DNA of 64,000 bases. It comes from Polyangiales bacterium (lineage in GTDB: Bacteria; Myxococcota_A; Polyangia; Polyangiales; Polyangiaceae). The notes beneath the pieces were generated by a model, which saw only the letters and a program-made list of their open reading frames with translations, searched no databases and was not told the origin of the DNA. Location of the stretch: assembly GCA_038231275.1 (NCBI GenBank), contig JBBRLQ010000030.1, forward strand, positions 1 to 64,000, written 5' to 3'. A program made the translations under genes and the position numbers. Below, piece by piece: positions 50,654-61,220 of the stretch; the stretch's first letter is position 1; the number at the start of each line of letters is the position of its first letter.

Positions 50654-51463
50654 TCAGGCGGCCCCGTCGAGCCCCGATCGCAGGCTCCGAATCAAATTCG
50701 TCACCCGCGCGCGGCGGTCTTCGGGGGTCGCCCCGTCTTCGATTTGGCGTACGATCGCGGTTCCTACCACGACACCGTCGGCCTCCGCGCTGGCTTCTCG
50801 CGCCTTTTCGGGAGAATCGACGCCGAAGCCGACGACGACGGGGAGTCCCGTCGACGCGCGGAGCAGCCCGGCTTGGCGGGATGCGTCACGAAGCGGCGCG
50901 GCGGCGGCCCCCGTGACGCCGGCCACCGAGACGTAATAGACGAAGGCGCTGCGATCTGCGATCGCCCGGATCTGATCGGCGCGCGCGGCGGCGCTCGTGG
51001 GGGCGACGAGCGGCACGATCGCGACGCCTAGCTCGGCGGCGCGCGCGCGAAGGACCGCGCCCTCCTCGAGCGGAAGATCGACGACGAGGAGCGCGTCGAC
51101 GCCCGCCGCCGCCGCTTCGTCGACGACCTTCGCCTCGCCGTGCACGTAGAGCGGGTTGTAGTAACCGAAGAGAACGAGCGGGACGTTCGAAGCCGCGCGG
51201 ATCGCCTTCGCTGCCCTCAAGGTCGCCACGAGGCCGCCTCCCTTCGCGATGGACCGCTGGCTCGCACGCGCGATGGCGGGACCGTCCGCCGTCGGATCGC
51301 TGAACGGGCAGCCGAGCTCGAGGACATCTGCGCCTGCCGTGGCGCACGCCAGCGCGAGGGCGGTCGACTCCTCTTCGGATGGATCGCCCATGCAGAGGTA
51401 CGCGACGAGCACCTTCTTCTTCTCGCGCGCGCGCGCTTCGAAGGCGGCTCCGAGGCGATTCAC
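50654..51463 (-). CDS. trpA: Tryptophan synthase alpha chain
   Basis: [43 protein letters not shown] overlap with trpB. Confidence 0.95.
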   Translation of the reverse strand: MNRLGAAFEARAREKKKVLVAYLCMGDPSEEESTALALACATAGADVLELGCPFSDPTADGPAIARASQRSIAKGGGLVATLRAAKAIRAASNVPLVLFGYYNPLYVHGEAKVVDEAAAAGVDALLVVDLPLEEGAVLRARAAELGVAIVPLVAPTSAAARADQIRAIADRSAFVYYVSVAGVTGAAAAPLRDASRQAGLLRASTGLPVVVGFGVDSPEKAREASAEADGVVVGTAIVRQIEDGATPEDRRARVTNLIRSLRSGLDGAA

Positions 51464-52674
51464 GAGCCCACCAACCGGCTCAGGTAGGTCTCGAGATCCT
51501 TGTCGCCGCGGCCGGAGCTGCAGACCACCAGCGTGACCGGGCGCTCGCGCTCGTCGGCGAGCTCCTCCGCGATCGCGCCGATCTTGGCGAACGCGTGCGC
51601 GGTCTCGAGCGCCGGGAGGATGCCCTCGGTCTGGGCCGCCACGCGCGCGGCCGCGAGGGCCTCGTCGTCGGTGGCGGAGACGTAACGCGCACGCTCGGTG
51701 TCCTTGAGGTGCGAGTGCTCGGGGCCGACGCCCGGGTAGTCGAGGCCGGCGCTGATCGAGTGCGCTTCTTGGATCTGCCCACCGTCGTCGCAGAGCACGT
51801 AGCTCTTCGATCCGTGGAGCACGCCGACGCGGCCCGCCGAAAGCGTCGCCGCGTGCTGGCCGCTCGGGATCCCGTGGCCCGCAGCCTCGACGCCATAGAG
51901 CGCGACCTGCGTGTCGCGCATGAAGCCGCGGAAGAGCCCGATCGCGTTCGAGCCGCCGCCGACGCACGCGACCGCGCCGTCGGGGAGCGCGCCGGTTTGC
52001 GCGAGCACCTGCGCGCGCGCCTCTTCGCCGATCACGCTCTGGAGCATCGCGACGAGCTCGGGGTAGGGATGCGGCCCGGCGGCGCTTCCGATGCAGTAGT
52101 ACGTGGTCGCGACGTTCGTGACCCAGTCGCGCAGCGCCTCGTTCATCGCGTCCTTCAGCGTGCGCGAGCCGCTCTCGACCGGGATGACCTTGGCGCCGAG
52201 CAGCTTCATCCGCCCGACGTTCGGCGCTTGGCGCTTCACGTCCTCGGAGCCCATGTAGACCTCGCACGGGAGATCGAACATCGCGCACGCGGTGGCGGTG
52301 GCGACGCCGTGCTGGCCTGCTCCGGTCTCGGCGATGATTCGGCGCTTGCCCATCTTCTTGGCGAGGAGCGCCTGTCCGATGGCGTTGTTGATCTTGTGCG
52401 CGCCGGTGTGACAGAGGTCTTCTCGCTTCAGCAGCAGGCGCGCGAGGTTCTTGCCCGACGGATCGAGCGCGCGCGCGAGGCGTGTCGTCTCCGTGAGCGG
52501 CGTGGGTCGGCCCACGTACGAGGTGAGGAGCGCGCGCCACTCGTTCTGGAACGCCTCCCCGCGGACGATTTCGTCGACCTTCGCGGCGAGCTCGTCGAGG
52601 GCGAAGAGGAGCGTCTCGGAGACGAAGCGCCCTCCGTACTGCCCGAAATAGCCGGGGCGCTGCGCGTCCTGCAT
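51460..52674 (-). CDS. trpB: Tryptophan synthase beta chain
   Basis: [49 protein letters not shown]. Confidence 0.97.
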   Translation of the reverse strand: MQDAQRPGYFGQYGGRFVSETLLFALDELAAKVDEIVRGEAFQNEWRALLTSYVGRPTPLTETTRLARALDPSGKNLARLLLKREDLCHTGAHKINNAIGQALLAKKMGKRRIIAETGAGQHGVATATACAMFDLPCEVYMGSEDVKRQAPNVGRMKLLGAKVIPVESGSRTLKDAMNEALRDWVTNVATTYYCIGSAAGPHPYPELVAMLQSVIGEEARAQVLAQTGALPDGAVACVGGGSNAIGLFRGFMRDTQVALYGVEAAGHGIPSGQHAATLSAGRVGVLHGSKSYVLCDDGGQIQEAHSISAGLDYPGVGPEHSHLKDTERARYVSATDDEALAAARVAAQTEGILPALETAHAFAKIGAIAEELADERERPVTLVVCSSGRGDKDLETYLSRLVGS

Positions 52675-52688
52675 ACTCGTTTCTTACC

Positions 52689-53507
52689 ATGAAGACCCTC
52701 ACCCGCGGCGCCGAGACGATCGCGTACGTCGCGTCGGAACCTCGAGCGCGGGCGGGCGAGAGGCGCGCGCTCGCGTTCGCGCACAACCTCATGTGTGATC
52801 ACGAGGTCTGGCGCGCCGTCACGGCCGCGCTGGAAGGGGAGCATCGGATCGTGAACGTCGACGTGCGTGGCCACGGCGCGAGCACGGCGCACGCGGCGTA
52901 CACCATCGCGGACGCGACGGCCGATCTCGAGGCCATCCTCGACATGGAGGGCGTCGACGAGGTCGTCGTGGTCGGGCTCTCGGTCGGCGCGTCGATGGCG
53001 ATGGAGCTCTTGCTTCGTGCACCTGCGCGCGTACGCGGCGCGGTCCTCTTGGCGCCATGCGCGGAGGCGGCGTCGCGGCGAGACGGTTTGCGTGACGCCA
53101 TCATCGCCAAGACCGTCGGCGCGGTGGGCTTCCCGGGGGAGATCGCCGTTCAGACGTCGCGCGCCCTCTTCGGCGACACGTTTCGCGATGCGTCGCCCGA
53201 GGTCGTGCGCGCGTGGGGGGACAAGCTCCACGCCCTCCGCCCCCGCTTCGCCGCGCACGCGCTCGCCGCGTGGTCGCGTCGCCGCCCGATACTCGCGGAC
53301 CTCGCGCGCGTGAGGGCGCCGGTCACCGTGATCGTCGGCGAGGAGGACGGTCGCTGTCCGCCGTCCGACGGCGAGAAGGTGCAGCGCGCGATCGCGGGCG
53401 CGCAGATCGTGCGACTGGCCCGTACGGGTCACACGATCCCCGTCGAGCGCCCGGCGGAGGTGATCGCCGCGATCCGCGATCTTGTCGCGCGCGCGTTCGG
53501 TGAATGA
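52689..53507 (+). CDS. Alpha/beta hydrolase
   Basis: D.RGHG, GLSVG nucleophile elbow, GEED, GH....E.P. Confidence 0.88.
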   Translation: MKTLTRGAETIAYVASEPRARAGERRALAFAHNLMCDHEVWRAVTAALEGEHRIVNVDVRGHGASTAHAAYTIADATADLEAILDMEGVDEVVVVGLSVGASMAMELLLRAPARVRGAVLLAPCAEAASRRDGLRDAIIAKTVGAVGFPGEIAVQTSRALFGDTFRDASPEVVRAWGDKLHALRPRFAAHALAAWSRRRPILADLARVRAPVTVIVGEEDGRCPPSDGEKVQRAIAGAQIVRLARTGHTIPVERPAEVIAAIRDLVARAFGE

Positions 53508-53544
53508 ACGGTCGCGGCGGGGCTACCAATCTCGTGAAGCCGTC

Positions 53545-54051
53545 ATGCGCACGAAACGCCTAATTTTCGGCCTGGCCGTGGGCCTGGTCCTCGCCGGACC
53601 CACCGGTGTCGCTGGACCTTTGGGGCAGACGCCGACGGCGCACGCGGAGCCAGACGCGCGCGCCATCGCCGCGCACGTGGATGCTCTGGTCGTCGCGATG
53701 GATGCGTCGAGCGAGCATGTTCGCCGCCTCCTTCGCAAAGCGCGCGTGCAGAAATGGCCACGCGGCGTGGCGTGCCTCGACGAGGCGCTCAGCCGCGTGG
53801 ACGTCGCGCTGCGCGTCGCGCGTGAAGAGGCGAGGGGAGCGCGCGAGGCCGCCCATGGAGGGGACGTCGATCGCGCGCGCGCGCACCTGTCGCGCGTCAC
53901 CCGTCTCCGAGAAATGGCGCGCGCGGGCGCGGCGGGCGGCGAGATGTGCGCAGCGGGGCCCGAGTTTCAGGCGTTCGAGGGGACGACGGTACGCGTCATC
54001 GTCGACGCGAGCATCGCGCCCGTCACGCCGGCGACGCCCGCGGCGCCGTAG
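53545..54051 (+). CDS. Hypothetical secreted helical protein
   Basis: Signal peptide ending AHA; helical body with two Cys. Confidence 0.6.
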   Translation: MRTKRLIFGLAVGLVLAGPTGVAGPLGQTPTAHAEPDARAIAAHVDALVVAMDASSEHVRRLLRKARVQKWPRGVACLDEALSRVDVALRVAREEARGAREAAHGGDVDRARAHLSRVTRLREMARAGAAGGEMCAAGPEFQAFEGTTVRVIVDASIAPVTPATPAAP

Positions 54052-54068
54052 GTCAGCCGGTCGCGCGC

Positions 54069-54878
54069 TCAGCTTCGGTCGCGCCATTTCGGCGGGCGGC
54101 GCTCGAAGTACGCGTTCATCGCCTCCGCGTGATCAGGGCCGGTCCACGTCTCGACGAACCGGCGACGCTCCAGCGCCGACAACGCGCGCGTCGGTGCGCA
54201 CGCCTCCTCGAGGAGGGCCTTCATCGACGCGATCGCCGCGGGCGAGCCTTGCGTCACGTCGAGCGCCCACGCGATGGCCACCTCGGTGCACGACCCGTTG
54301 GCGACCACCTCGTCGACGAGCCCGATGGCTTTCGCGTCGGGCGCCGAGATCTCGTGGCTCGTGTACAAGAGGCGCGCCGCGGTGCCTCGGCCGACCAGCG
54401 AGACGAGCCTCGGGACCGTTCCCCACGCCGTCGTCACGCCCATTCGCACCTGACGAAAGCTGATGCGCGCGCGCGTGTCGGCGACGCGAAGATCGCATGC
54501 CAGCGCGAGCTCGGCGCCGCCCCCGAACGCGGGACCGGGGAGCGCCGCGATCACCGGAACCGGCAACGCCGCGAGCTTGGCGCACAGCTCGCTCCCGGCG
54601 ACGCTGAACTCGGTCGCATGTTCGGGCGTCGTCGCGTCACGCAGCTCGCGCAGGTCCCCGCCCGACACGAACGCGTCGCCCTCGCCGGTGATGACCACGG
54701 CGCGCAGCGTCGGATCCTTCGCCGCGTCGTCGACGGCCTGCGTGAGCAGCTCCATCGTCTCGCGATTCAGGGCATTTTTCGCCTCCGGCCGCGTGATCGT
54801 CCACACCAACGTCCGGTCGATCCGCTCAATCTTCAACGCCCGCGCGCGCACTTGGCCTCTCGCCTCCGGCACCTTCAC
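54069..54878 (-). CDS. Enoyl-CoA hydratase/isomerase family protein
   Basis: RPEAKNAL, FVSGGDL, AFGGGAELALACD. Confidence 0.9.
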   Translation of the reverse strand: MKVPEARGQVRARALKIERIDRTLVWTITRPEAKNALNRETMELLTQAVDDAAKDPTLRAVVITGEGDAFVSGGDLRELRDATTPEHATEFSVAGSELCAKLAALPVPVIAALPGPAFGGGAELALACDLRVADTRARISFRQVRMGVTTAWGTVPRLVSLVGRGTAARLLYTSHEISAPDAKAIGLVDEVVANGSCTEVAIAWALDVTQGSPAAIASMKALLEEACAPTRALSALERRRFVETWTGPDHAEAMNAYFERRPPKWRDRS

Positions 54879-55870
54879 CCGAGCCGGACCGCAGTCCGCC
54901 TCTTCGTCGTCGTCTCGACCTCGTCGTCCTTCAGGCGGCGCACGCGACGCTCGTCGTCGATGACCAGATCGCGGCGCTTGCGGCGCTTGGCCCGGCGCGC
55001 GAGGTGTCGCTCGGCGTGCGCGACGATGGCGCCGGCCACGTCGACCCCGCTCGTGCGCTCGATGCCCTCGAGGCCGGGCGAGCTGTTGATCTCGAGGATC
55101 TTCGGCCCGTCTCTCCCCTCGAGCATGTCGACGCCGGCGACCTCGAGGCCCATGACCTTCGCCGCTGCCACCGCCGCCTGCGTGTAGCGCTTGTCCATGT
55201 TGACGCGCACGCCGAGGCCGCCGCGGTGCAGGTTCGAGCGGAACTCGCCGGCCTTGGCCTGCCGCCGCATCGCCGCGATGACGCGCCCGCCGACGACGAT
55301 CGCCCGGTAGTCACGCCCCTTCGACTCGGCGATGTACTCTTGGAGGATGATGTCTTGCCCCATCGCCCACAGCGTCTCGAGGAGCGACGACACCGCTTGC
55401 GGCGTCTCGGCGATCATCGTCCCGATGCCCTGCGTGCCTTGCTGCAGCTTCACGATGGCCGGGCACCCGCCGACGAACGAGAGCGCGAGGTCCACCGAGT
55501 CGGGCGTGCGCGCGCAGACGGTCCTGGGGACGTCGATGTCCTTCTTCGTGAGCAGCTGCATCGCGCGGAGCTTGTCGCGCGAGCGGGCGATGGCAACGGC
55601 CGTGTTGAGGACCGGGACCCCCATCATGTCGAACTGACGGACGACGGCGAGGCCGTAATTGGTGATCGACGCCCCGATGCGCGGCAGCACGATGTCCGCG
55701 TGGGGCACTGGCCGGTCCCCCAAGAACATCGACGGCCGGCCGCGCGAGATGACGATGTGAAAGTCGAGCGGATCGGCGACCGTGACCTCGTGGCCGCGGG
55801 AGCGCGCCGCCAAAACGAGGCGGCTCGTCGAGTACAAGGTCGCGTTTCGAGAGAGGATGAGCAGGCGCAT
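54875..55870 (-). CDS. rimK: RimK-family alpha-L-glutamate ligase
   Basis: MRLLILSR..LYST.RL, PRIGASIT, RSRDKLR, GTQGIG, QEYI, FRSNLHRGG, EINSSPGLEGIE. Confidence 0.92.
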   Translation of the reverse strand: MRLLILSRNATLYSTSRLVLAARSRGHEVTVADPLDFHIVISRGRPSMFLGDRPVPHADIVLPRIGASITNYGLAVVRQFDMMGVPVLNTAVAIARSRDKLRAMQLLTKKDIDVPRTVCARTPDSVDLALSFVGGCPAIVKLQQGTQGIGTMIAETPQAVSSLLETLWAMGQDIILQEYIAESKGRDYRAIVVGGRVIAAMRRQAKAGEFRSNLHRGGLGVRVNMDKRYTQAAVAAAKVMGLEVAGVDMLEGRDGPKILEINSSPGLEGIERTSGVDVAGAIVAHAERHLARRAKRRKRRDLVIDDERRVRRLKDDEVETTTKRRTAVRLG

Positions 55871-55944
55871 CGGGCGGCTGATCGCGAAGGTACGGGGACC
55901 GCCCCCCCGGCGCAACGCACCCGTCGATCGAGCGCGATTTGGCG

Positions 55945-56097
55945 CTATTTGTGGGCGACCTCGGCCGTACGGCCGCCCTGGCCCAGGCCGTCCGCCGCCT
56001 CGCTCGACCGCTCGCCGCGCGGCAGGCACGCGATCGCGACGAGGACCGCGAGGGCCACCAGCCGGATCCACATATGCGCGCGCTGCGACATGTCCAT
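55945..56097 (-). CDS. Possible 50-aa membrane peptide or lipopeptide
   Basis: MWIRLVALAVLVAIAC hydrophobic stretch ending in a lipobox-like Cys. Confidence 0.3.
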   Translation of the reverse strand: MDMSQRAHMWIRLVALAVLVAIACLPRGERSSEAADGLGQGGRTAEVAHK

Positions 56098-56225
56098 TAT
56101 CCAATGCAGCGAGCGTGCCGTCGCAAATCGGCCGCGCTGCGGGGCGGTTCGGCGAGCGATCGCGACTTCTGCGTCAGGGGTGATGCCGGCCGGCGCCACC
56201 TCCGGATTGGCGTAAGATGCCCGCC

Positions 56226-57641
56226 ATGGATGCCGCACCCACGCCGAAGACTCCCGACGAGCCCGAGGACGACGGCCTCGGTGAGCTGCAGCCGCTACCT
56301 CCGCTCGACGGCGAGACGGAGGAGGAGTCGCCCGACGAGGAGCTGGACGCGGTCGATGACCCCGACGAGACGGAGAAGAATCTGCTCGATGACGCCACGG
56401 GGGAAGGCGAGCCGGTCGACGATCTCGAGCAGGTCGGCGCCGAAGGAGGGTGGCTCGACGACGCCGCCGACGCGGAGGATCTCGACGTCGGGGGCCACGA
56501 GGTCGACGATTTGGAGCGAACCAATCTCCTTGAAGATGCAGACGAACCCGGCGTCGGGGATGAGGATTTCGGCCTCGAGGGGCATGGTACCGCCGTCGCG
56601 GGGGACGCCGGCGAGGAGGGGCCGGAGGGGGCGGACGAGGAGCTTCGCGAGGAGGATCTCCCGCGCCTCGACGCCGACGAGGACGGCGAGCTCGACGACG
56701 AGGTCTTCGTCGACGCGTGGCCCGCGACCGGCGGTGCCGACGAGCGCCCGCCGTGGGACGATCGCGCCTGGGAGCGCGCTCCTGGCTCACCGTCGGTCGG
56801 AATGGCTCGCAGCGTCGTCACGATCGACGCGCGCGTGGCGGTGGTCGGCGGAGCGTCCATCGTCCTTGCGGAAGAGGGCTCGGCGACGCCGGCGGGGGGC
56901 ACGTCGATCCATGGCTTCGCGATCGCGGGGGTTGCACGCCTTTCCGACGCTGTCGTCGCGGCGACAGCAGGCGGCCTGTTTTCGAGCGATCTGGCGGGGA
57001 CGGCATCCGGGCTGGGCGAATTCCGGGAGCTGCGCGGCTGGACGGCGCTCTCCGCCGGCGCGCCCGTCGAGATCGCCGCGCACGGAGCGAGGATCTGGGC
57101 GCGGACCAAGGAAGGTGCCGTCTTCGCGAGCGGGGATCGCGGGGAGACGTGGGGCGTGCTTGCTGCCGAAGGCATTTCCGCCGTCACAGTCACCCCCGAA
57201 GGAGAGCTGGTCGCCGTCGCGCGCGCCGGTGTGGTCCGCGGGCCGCAGCTCGTGTCGTGGGGGCCGCCCTTGCCGCTCGCCGAAGGTGCGCTCGCCACCG
57301 TTCGTGCGCGCGGTCACGCGGTCGTGGTCGGCGCGTTCGGCGCCGGCGCGTTTCGGTCCACCGGCGGCGAATGGGAGCGGCTCGCGGGGACCGGGAGCGT
57401 CACGGCGTTGACGTTGCTCGACGACGACGGCACGACGCTCGTGGCCCTCCAAGCGACCGACGAAGAGCGATCGTGGATCGCGCGCGCCGGCAGCGACGGG
57501 GTTGCCCGCATCGTGGTGGAGCTCGGTGGCGAAGGAGGCGACGACGGCGATCCGCGCGTCCTCGATCTGGCCTGGCGCGACGACGCGCGCATCGCGTGGG
57601 CCGTCGGCGCGTTCGGCGTCGCCGTCCTCCGTCCGCGCTGA
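56226..57641 (+). CDS. Hypothetical protein: very acidic N-terminal region plus beta-propeller-like domain
   Basis: About 170 aa D/E-rich; S.D.G.TW Asp-box-like motif; alternative start 56217. Confidence 0.7.
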   Translation: MDAAPTPKTPDEPEDDGLGELQPLPPLDGETEEESPDEELDAVDDPDETEKNLLDDATGEGEPVDDLEQVGAEGGWLDDAADAEDLDVGGHEVDDLERTNLLEDADEPGVGDEDFGLEGHGTAVAGDAGEEGPEGADEELREEDLPRLDADEDGELDDEVFVDAWPATGGADERPPWDDRAWERAPGSPSVGMARSVVTIDARVAVVGGASIVLAEEGSATPAGGTSIHGFAIAGVARLSDAVVAATAGGLFSSDLAGTASGLGEFRELRGWTALSAGAPVEIAAHGARIWARTKEGAVFASGDRGETWGVLAAEGISAVTVTPEGELVAVARAGVVRGPQLVSWGPPLPLAEGALATVRARGHAVVVGAFGAGAFRSTGGEWERLAGTGSVTALTLLDDDGTTLVALQATDEERSWIARAGSDGVARIVVELGGEGGDDGDPRVLDLAWRDDARIAWAVGAFGVAVLRPR

Positions 57642-57764
57642 GTGGAACGACGTCCGCTCTAATTGTCCGTCCCGCCCGCGGCATGCTACTCGCGGGAGGA
57701 GCGTTCACGGGTGAGAGCCGCGGCCAGCCGGTAACGCCAGGAGTCGCGCCAGGAGCGGAGAGAG

Positions 57765-59000
57765 ATGCCCATCCTCGTTCAGAAGTACGGCGGTTCGTCG
57801 GTCGCCGACGTGGAGAAGCTCGGCAAGGTCGCCGACAAGGTCGCGCAGGCGCGGCGCGCGGGGAACGACGTCGTCGTCGTCGTGAGCGCGATGGGGAAGA
57901 AAACCGACGAGCTCCTCGAGCTCGCCCGCGCCGTCGCACGGTCGTCGCCCTCGTCGTCGCCCTCCTCGCCAGGCGAGGGCAGCGCGGCGACGTTCGATCC
58001 GCCGCGTCGCGAGCTCGACATGCTCCTCTCCACCGGCGAGCGCGTCACGATGGCGCTCCTCTCGATCGCGCTTCAAGCTCGCGGCCTCGACGCGATCAGC
58101 TTCACCGGCAGCCAGTCCGGCATCATCACCAACGATCGCCATTTCGACGCGCGCATCATCGAGGTGCGTCCTCACCGCATCGAGGACGAGCTCTCGCGCG
58201 GCAAGATCGTCATCGTCGCCGGCTACCAGGGCATGAGCTACCGGCGGGAGATCACCACGCTCGGGCGCGGCGGCTCCGACACCACCGCGGTCGCGCTCGC
58301 CGCGGCGCTCGGCGCCGAGAGGTGCGAAATCTACAGCGACGTGGACGGCGTCTACTCTGCCGATCCGCGCGTCGTGCCCGATCCGGTGCACCTGCCGGAG
58401 CTCGATCTCGCGACGCTGCAAGAGATGGCGGAGGCGGGCGCGAAGGTGCTGAACGCTCAGGCCGTCGAGTGGGCTCGCCGCGCCAAGATCTCGATCCACG
58501 CGCGCAAGACCTCCGACGCCGTCGACGATGGCGGCAGGGTCGCCAAAGAGACGATCGCCCGTGAGCAGGGGGCGGCCAACGTTCGCGGCGTCGTCGGCCT
58601 CGATCGCGTCGTCCTCGCGCAATTCGACGCGCGGCACGCGGCGCGCTTCGCCGAGGTCGCCGGGACGCTCGGGGTTCCGTTCGTCGACGGAGGCGCTGCG
58701 CGCGGGGTCGCGTCGGTGGCGATCGCGCTGCTGAACCTGCCCGACTGGGACGGCACGCGCCGCGCGATCGAGACGCAGATGGGCGACGCCGTCGCCTTCG
58801 TCGACAAGCAAGCGATCGTGAGCGTCGTGGGGCAAGGGCTCGACTTCCAGGTCGCGCGCTTCCTCGCCGTGCTTGCGCAGCGCGAAATCTCCCCGCGCAC
58901 GCTCTCGCTCGGGCCGCTCCGCATCGCCGCGACGATCGACGCGCAGCACCTCGCGGACGCGCAGCGGGCGCTCCACGCGGCGTTCGTGACGCCGGGTTAA
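57765..59000 (+). CDS. lysC: Aspartate kinase
   Basis: [44 protein letters not shown]; degenerate ACT domains. Confidence 0.93.
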   Translation: MPILVQKYGGSSVADVEKLGKVADKVAQARRAGNDVVVVVSAMGKKTDELLELARAVARSSPSSSPSSPGEGSAATFDPPRRELDMLLSTGERVTMALLSIALQARGLDAISFTGSQSGIITNDRHFDARIIEVRPHRIEDELSRGKIVIVAGYQGMSYRREITTLGRGGSDTTAVALAAALGAERCEIYSDVDGVYSADPRVVPDPVHLPELDLATLQEMAEAGAKVLNAQAVEWARRAKISIHARKTSDAVDDGGRVAKETIAREQGAANVRGVVGLDRVVLAQFDARHAARFAEVAGTLGVPFVDGGAARGVASVAIALLNLPDWDGTRRAIETQMGDAVAFVDKQAIVSVVGQGLDFQVARFLAVLAQREISPRTLSLGPLRIAATIDAQHLADAQRALHAAFVTPG

Positions 59001-59118
59001 CGGCTGACCAGACCGAACGCGACGCCATGGGCGTGCGCCAAGTTGCGCCGCGGCCGCCCTCGAAACCTCGCGGATCGAGGCGATTTCGAGGTGTCACGGA
59101 ACTTGCGAACGGGGGGAC

Positions 59119-60039
59119 ATGATCGGTCGCCGTCTCCTCGTCGCTTCCTCCGTGGCATCGCTCCTCACGTTGGTCTCCGTCGCGAAGGCCGCCCCCGCGC
59201 CGTCGTGCAATCCGGCGTCGATGACGCCGAGCGCCGCGTCGATTCCCGCGAACTTCCCGGGCTTCGCGTACACCGCGCAGGCCGCGACCGCGAACGACGT
59301 TCACCTGTTCACGCTCGCGAAGGTCGAAGTGCCGCTCACCTTGGGGCCAGTCGTTGGCGGTCTCCTCAAAGTAAAGCCCGCGGCGCTTACGCCGGGCACG
59401 ACGTACGAGCTCGATTTCTCGTCGTTCTGCAATTACGGGAACTACCCGCCGCAAGGTCCGATCGTCTTCATGGCGACCGCGGAGGCGCCGCTCCCGACGC
59501 GGCTCGGCGAGGTGTCGGGGACGCCGACCGTCGTGCTGGAGGACTTCGGGACGACCAAGTACACGATCACCGCGGCGTACACGCTGGATCCGGAGATGAA
59601 GCCGTGGCTCTCGGTCTACCAACTCGATGTCGCGCTCGACGGCAACCGCGTGTCCACGAAGGCGTCGGTCGACGCGACGGGGACGTCCGCGCACGTCATC
59701 GGGACCGGCTGGTGCGACGCGGTCACCGCGGCATCGAACGCGCACACGATCCAGCTCCGCGCCACGCTGCCGTTCGCGCCGACCCTCGACACTGCCACCG
59801 TCACCGTGAGCTTCTCGTGCCCGGCGCCGAACATCACCACGCCGCCGAAGGAGCCTCTCCAGCCGCCCCCCACGAGCGCATCGTCGTCGTCGGGCAACGC
59901 CGGAGGCGGTCACGCGGGAGGATGTGCGGCGACCCCTTCGCGAACGGGGAACGGCGCGACGGACCTCACGCTCTTCGCGATGGCACTCGGGCTCGCGTCG
60001 TTCGTGCGACGGCGAACGGCTGCCACGCGCCGTACGTGA
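59119..60039 (+). CDS. Secreted protein with MYXO-CTERM-like tail
   Basis: Signal ending AKA; Pro/Ser linker; GGCAA..LFAMALGLASFVRRR. Confidence 0.75.
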   Translation: MIGRRLLVASSVASLLTLVSVAKAAPAPSCNPASMTPSAASIPANFPGFAYTAQAATANDVHLFTLAKVEVPLTLGPVVGGLLKVKPAALTPGTTYELDFSSFCNYGNYPPQGPIVFMATAEAPLPTRLGEVSGTPTVVLEDFGTTKYTITAAYTLDPEMKPWLSVYQLDVALDGNRVSTKASVDATGTSAHVIGTGWCDAVTAASNAHTIQLRATLPFAPTLDTATVTVSFSCPAPNITTPPKEPLQPPPTSASSSSGNAGGGHAGGCAATPSRTGNGATDLTLFAMALGLASFVRRRTAATRRT

Positions 60040-61174
60040 ACGAGCGCCAGAGCCACTCCACCGGGCCTGCGCGAAAATGTCGAAGCCAGAGCGCGGCCAG
60101 CACGGCTTGCGTCGCAAAGAGGCCAAACGCGAGCGCGCACGCGGAGGCGACGCCCAGCCGTCCGAACAGACCGAGCCCCCAGCCGTAGAAGACCACGCTG
60201 AGGGCGATCGATTGGGTCAGGTAGCTCGTGAGCGCCATTCGCCCGAGCGGCGCCAGGTTCGAGAGCGCGCGGGCGGCCGGGCCGCTCCGAAACGCGAGGA
60301 GAACCAGCGCGGCGTACGCGACGCCGAGGAGAATCGGCCCAGTGCCCGCGGCGGCGTCCTGGGCCCGTCCCAGCGAAACGCCCGAGCGTGTCGCCCACTC
60401 CGCCGCGCCGCCGAGCACGCCGCCGACGAGCGCGACGGCGACCAGGAGGCGCCCCCGCTGCCCCTCCTGGAACACGCGCAGGCGCCACGCGCACGCGCCG
60501 AGGAAAAAGAGGCCGAGCGTGCGCGGCGCGCTCCAGAGGAGGAGCGCGGCGATGGGACGAACCTCGCGCACGCGAAAGTCGAGCGCGTCCGCGAAGGAGC
60601 CGTTGCCGTAGGCGCGTTGCGCGGCGTCCACGTGCTCGCGCAGCGCGTCAGGGCTCGGAAACGGCGACGGGAGGGGCAACGGCATCGCGTGGACCACGAA
60701 CAGCGCGATCGCGATCGCGAAGAGGGCGCCGGTGCGTAGCCGCAAGAACGGCGCGGCCACCGCGCCCAGCACCGCATAGAGCGTGAGGATGTCGCCGTTC
60801 CAGACGAGGAACATGTGCACGAGCCCGAGGGCGAGCAAGAACGCGAGGCGGCGCGCGGCGTAGCGCCCAAAGGCCGCGCCACGCGCGCCCGTTCGCTCCT
60901 GCTGCGCGGCGAGCCCGACGCCGAAGAGGAGCGAGAAGAGCACGAACGCCTTCGACTCGACGCCGAGGGAGAGGGCACGCGACAGGGCGCGATCGAGCGC
61001 CGAGCCTGCGGCGTCCGCGTCGGGCAAGAACTGCTGGAAGATGGAGACGCGGAACTCCGTGACGAGGTTCACCGCCAGGACGCCGAACAGCGCGAGCCCG
61101 CGGAGCGCGTCGAGCGAGCGCTCACGATCCGCCGCGGCGATGGGCTCTCCCTTCGTCGGCGCCCGAGAGGTCAC
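59966..61174 (-). CDS. DUF418 (YeiB-like) membrane protein
   Basis: LDALRGLALFG, FSLLFG.G, GDIL..Y, GRMALT.YL.QS, GP.EWLWR. Confidence 0.88.
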   Translation of the reverse strand: MTSRAPTKGEPIAAADRERSLDALRGLALFGVLAVNLVTEFRVSIFQQFLPDADAAGSALDRALSRALSLGVESKAFVLFSLLFGVGLAAQQERTGARGAAFGRYAARRLAFLLALGLVHMFLVWNGDILTLYAVLGAVAAPFLRLRTGALFAIAIALFVVHAMPLPLPSPFPSPDALREHVDAAQRAYGNGSFADALDFRVREVRPIAALLLWSAPRTLGLFFLGACAWRLRVFQEGQRGRLLVAVALVGGVLGGAAEWATRSGVSLGRAQDAAAGTGPILLGVAYAALVLLAFRSGPAARALSNLAPLGRMALTSYLTQSIALSVVFYGWGLGLFGRLGVASACALAFGLFATQAVLAALWLRHFRAGPVEWLWRSFTYGAWQPFAVARTTRARVPSRRA

Positions 61175-61220
61175 GGGACGACACTACCACGCGAGTCGCG
61201 TGGCTCGTGGGAGCCGCCCC

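Noticed and set aside
50654..52792. 712-aa TrpA fusion
   Set aside because: The extension overlaps trpB out of frame. TrpA starts at GTG 51463.
54875..56097. Graspetide RiPP cluster (ATP-grasp enzyme plus small ORF)
   Set aside because: The enzyme is a canonical RimK, and the peptide is hydrophobic and lacks leader or repeated core motifs
57642..57764. Lysine riboswitch
   Set aside because: The intergenic region is too short and lacks the conserved core
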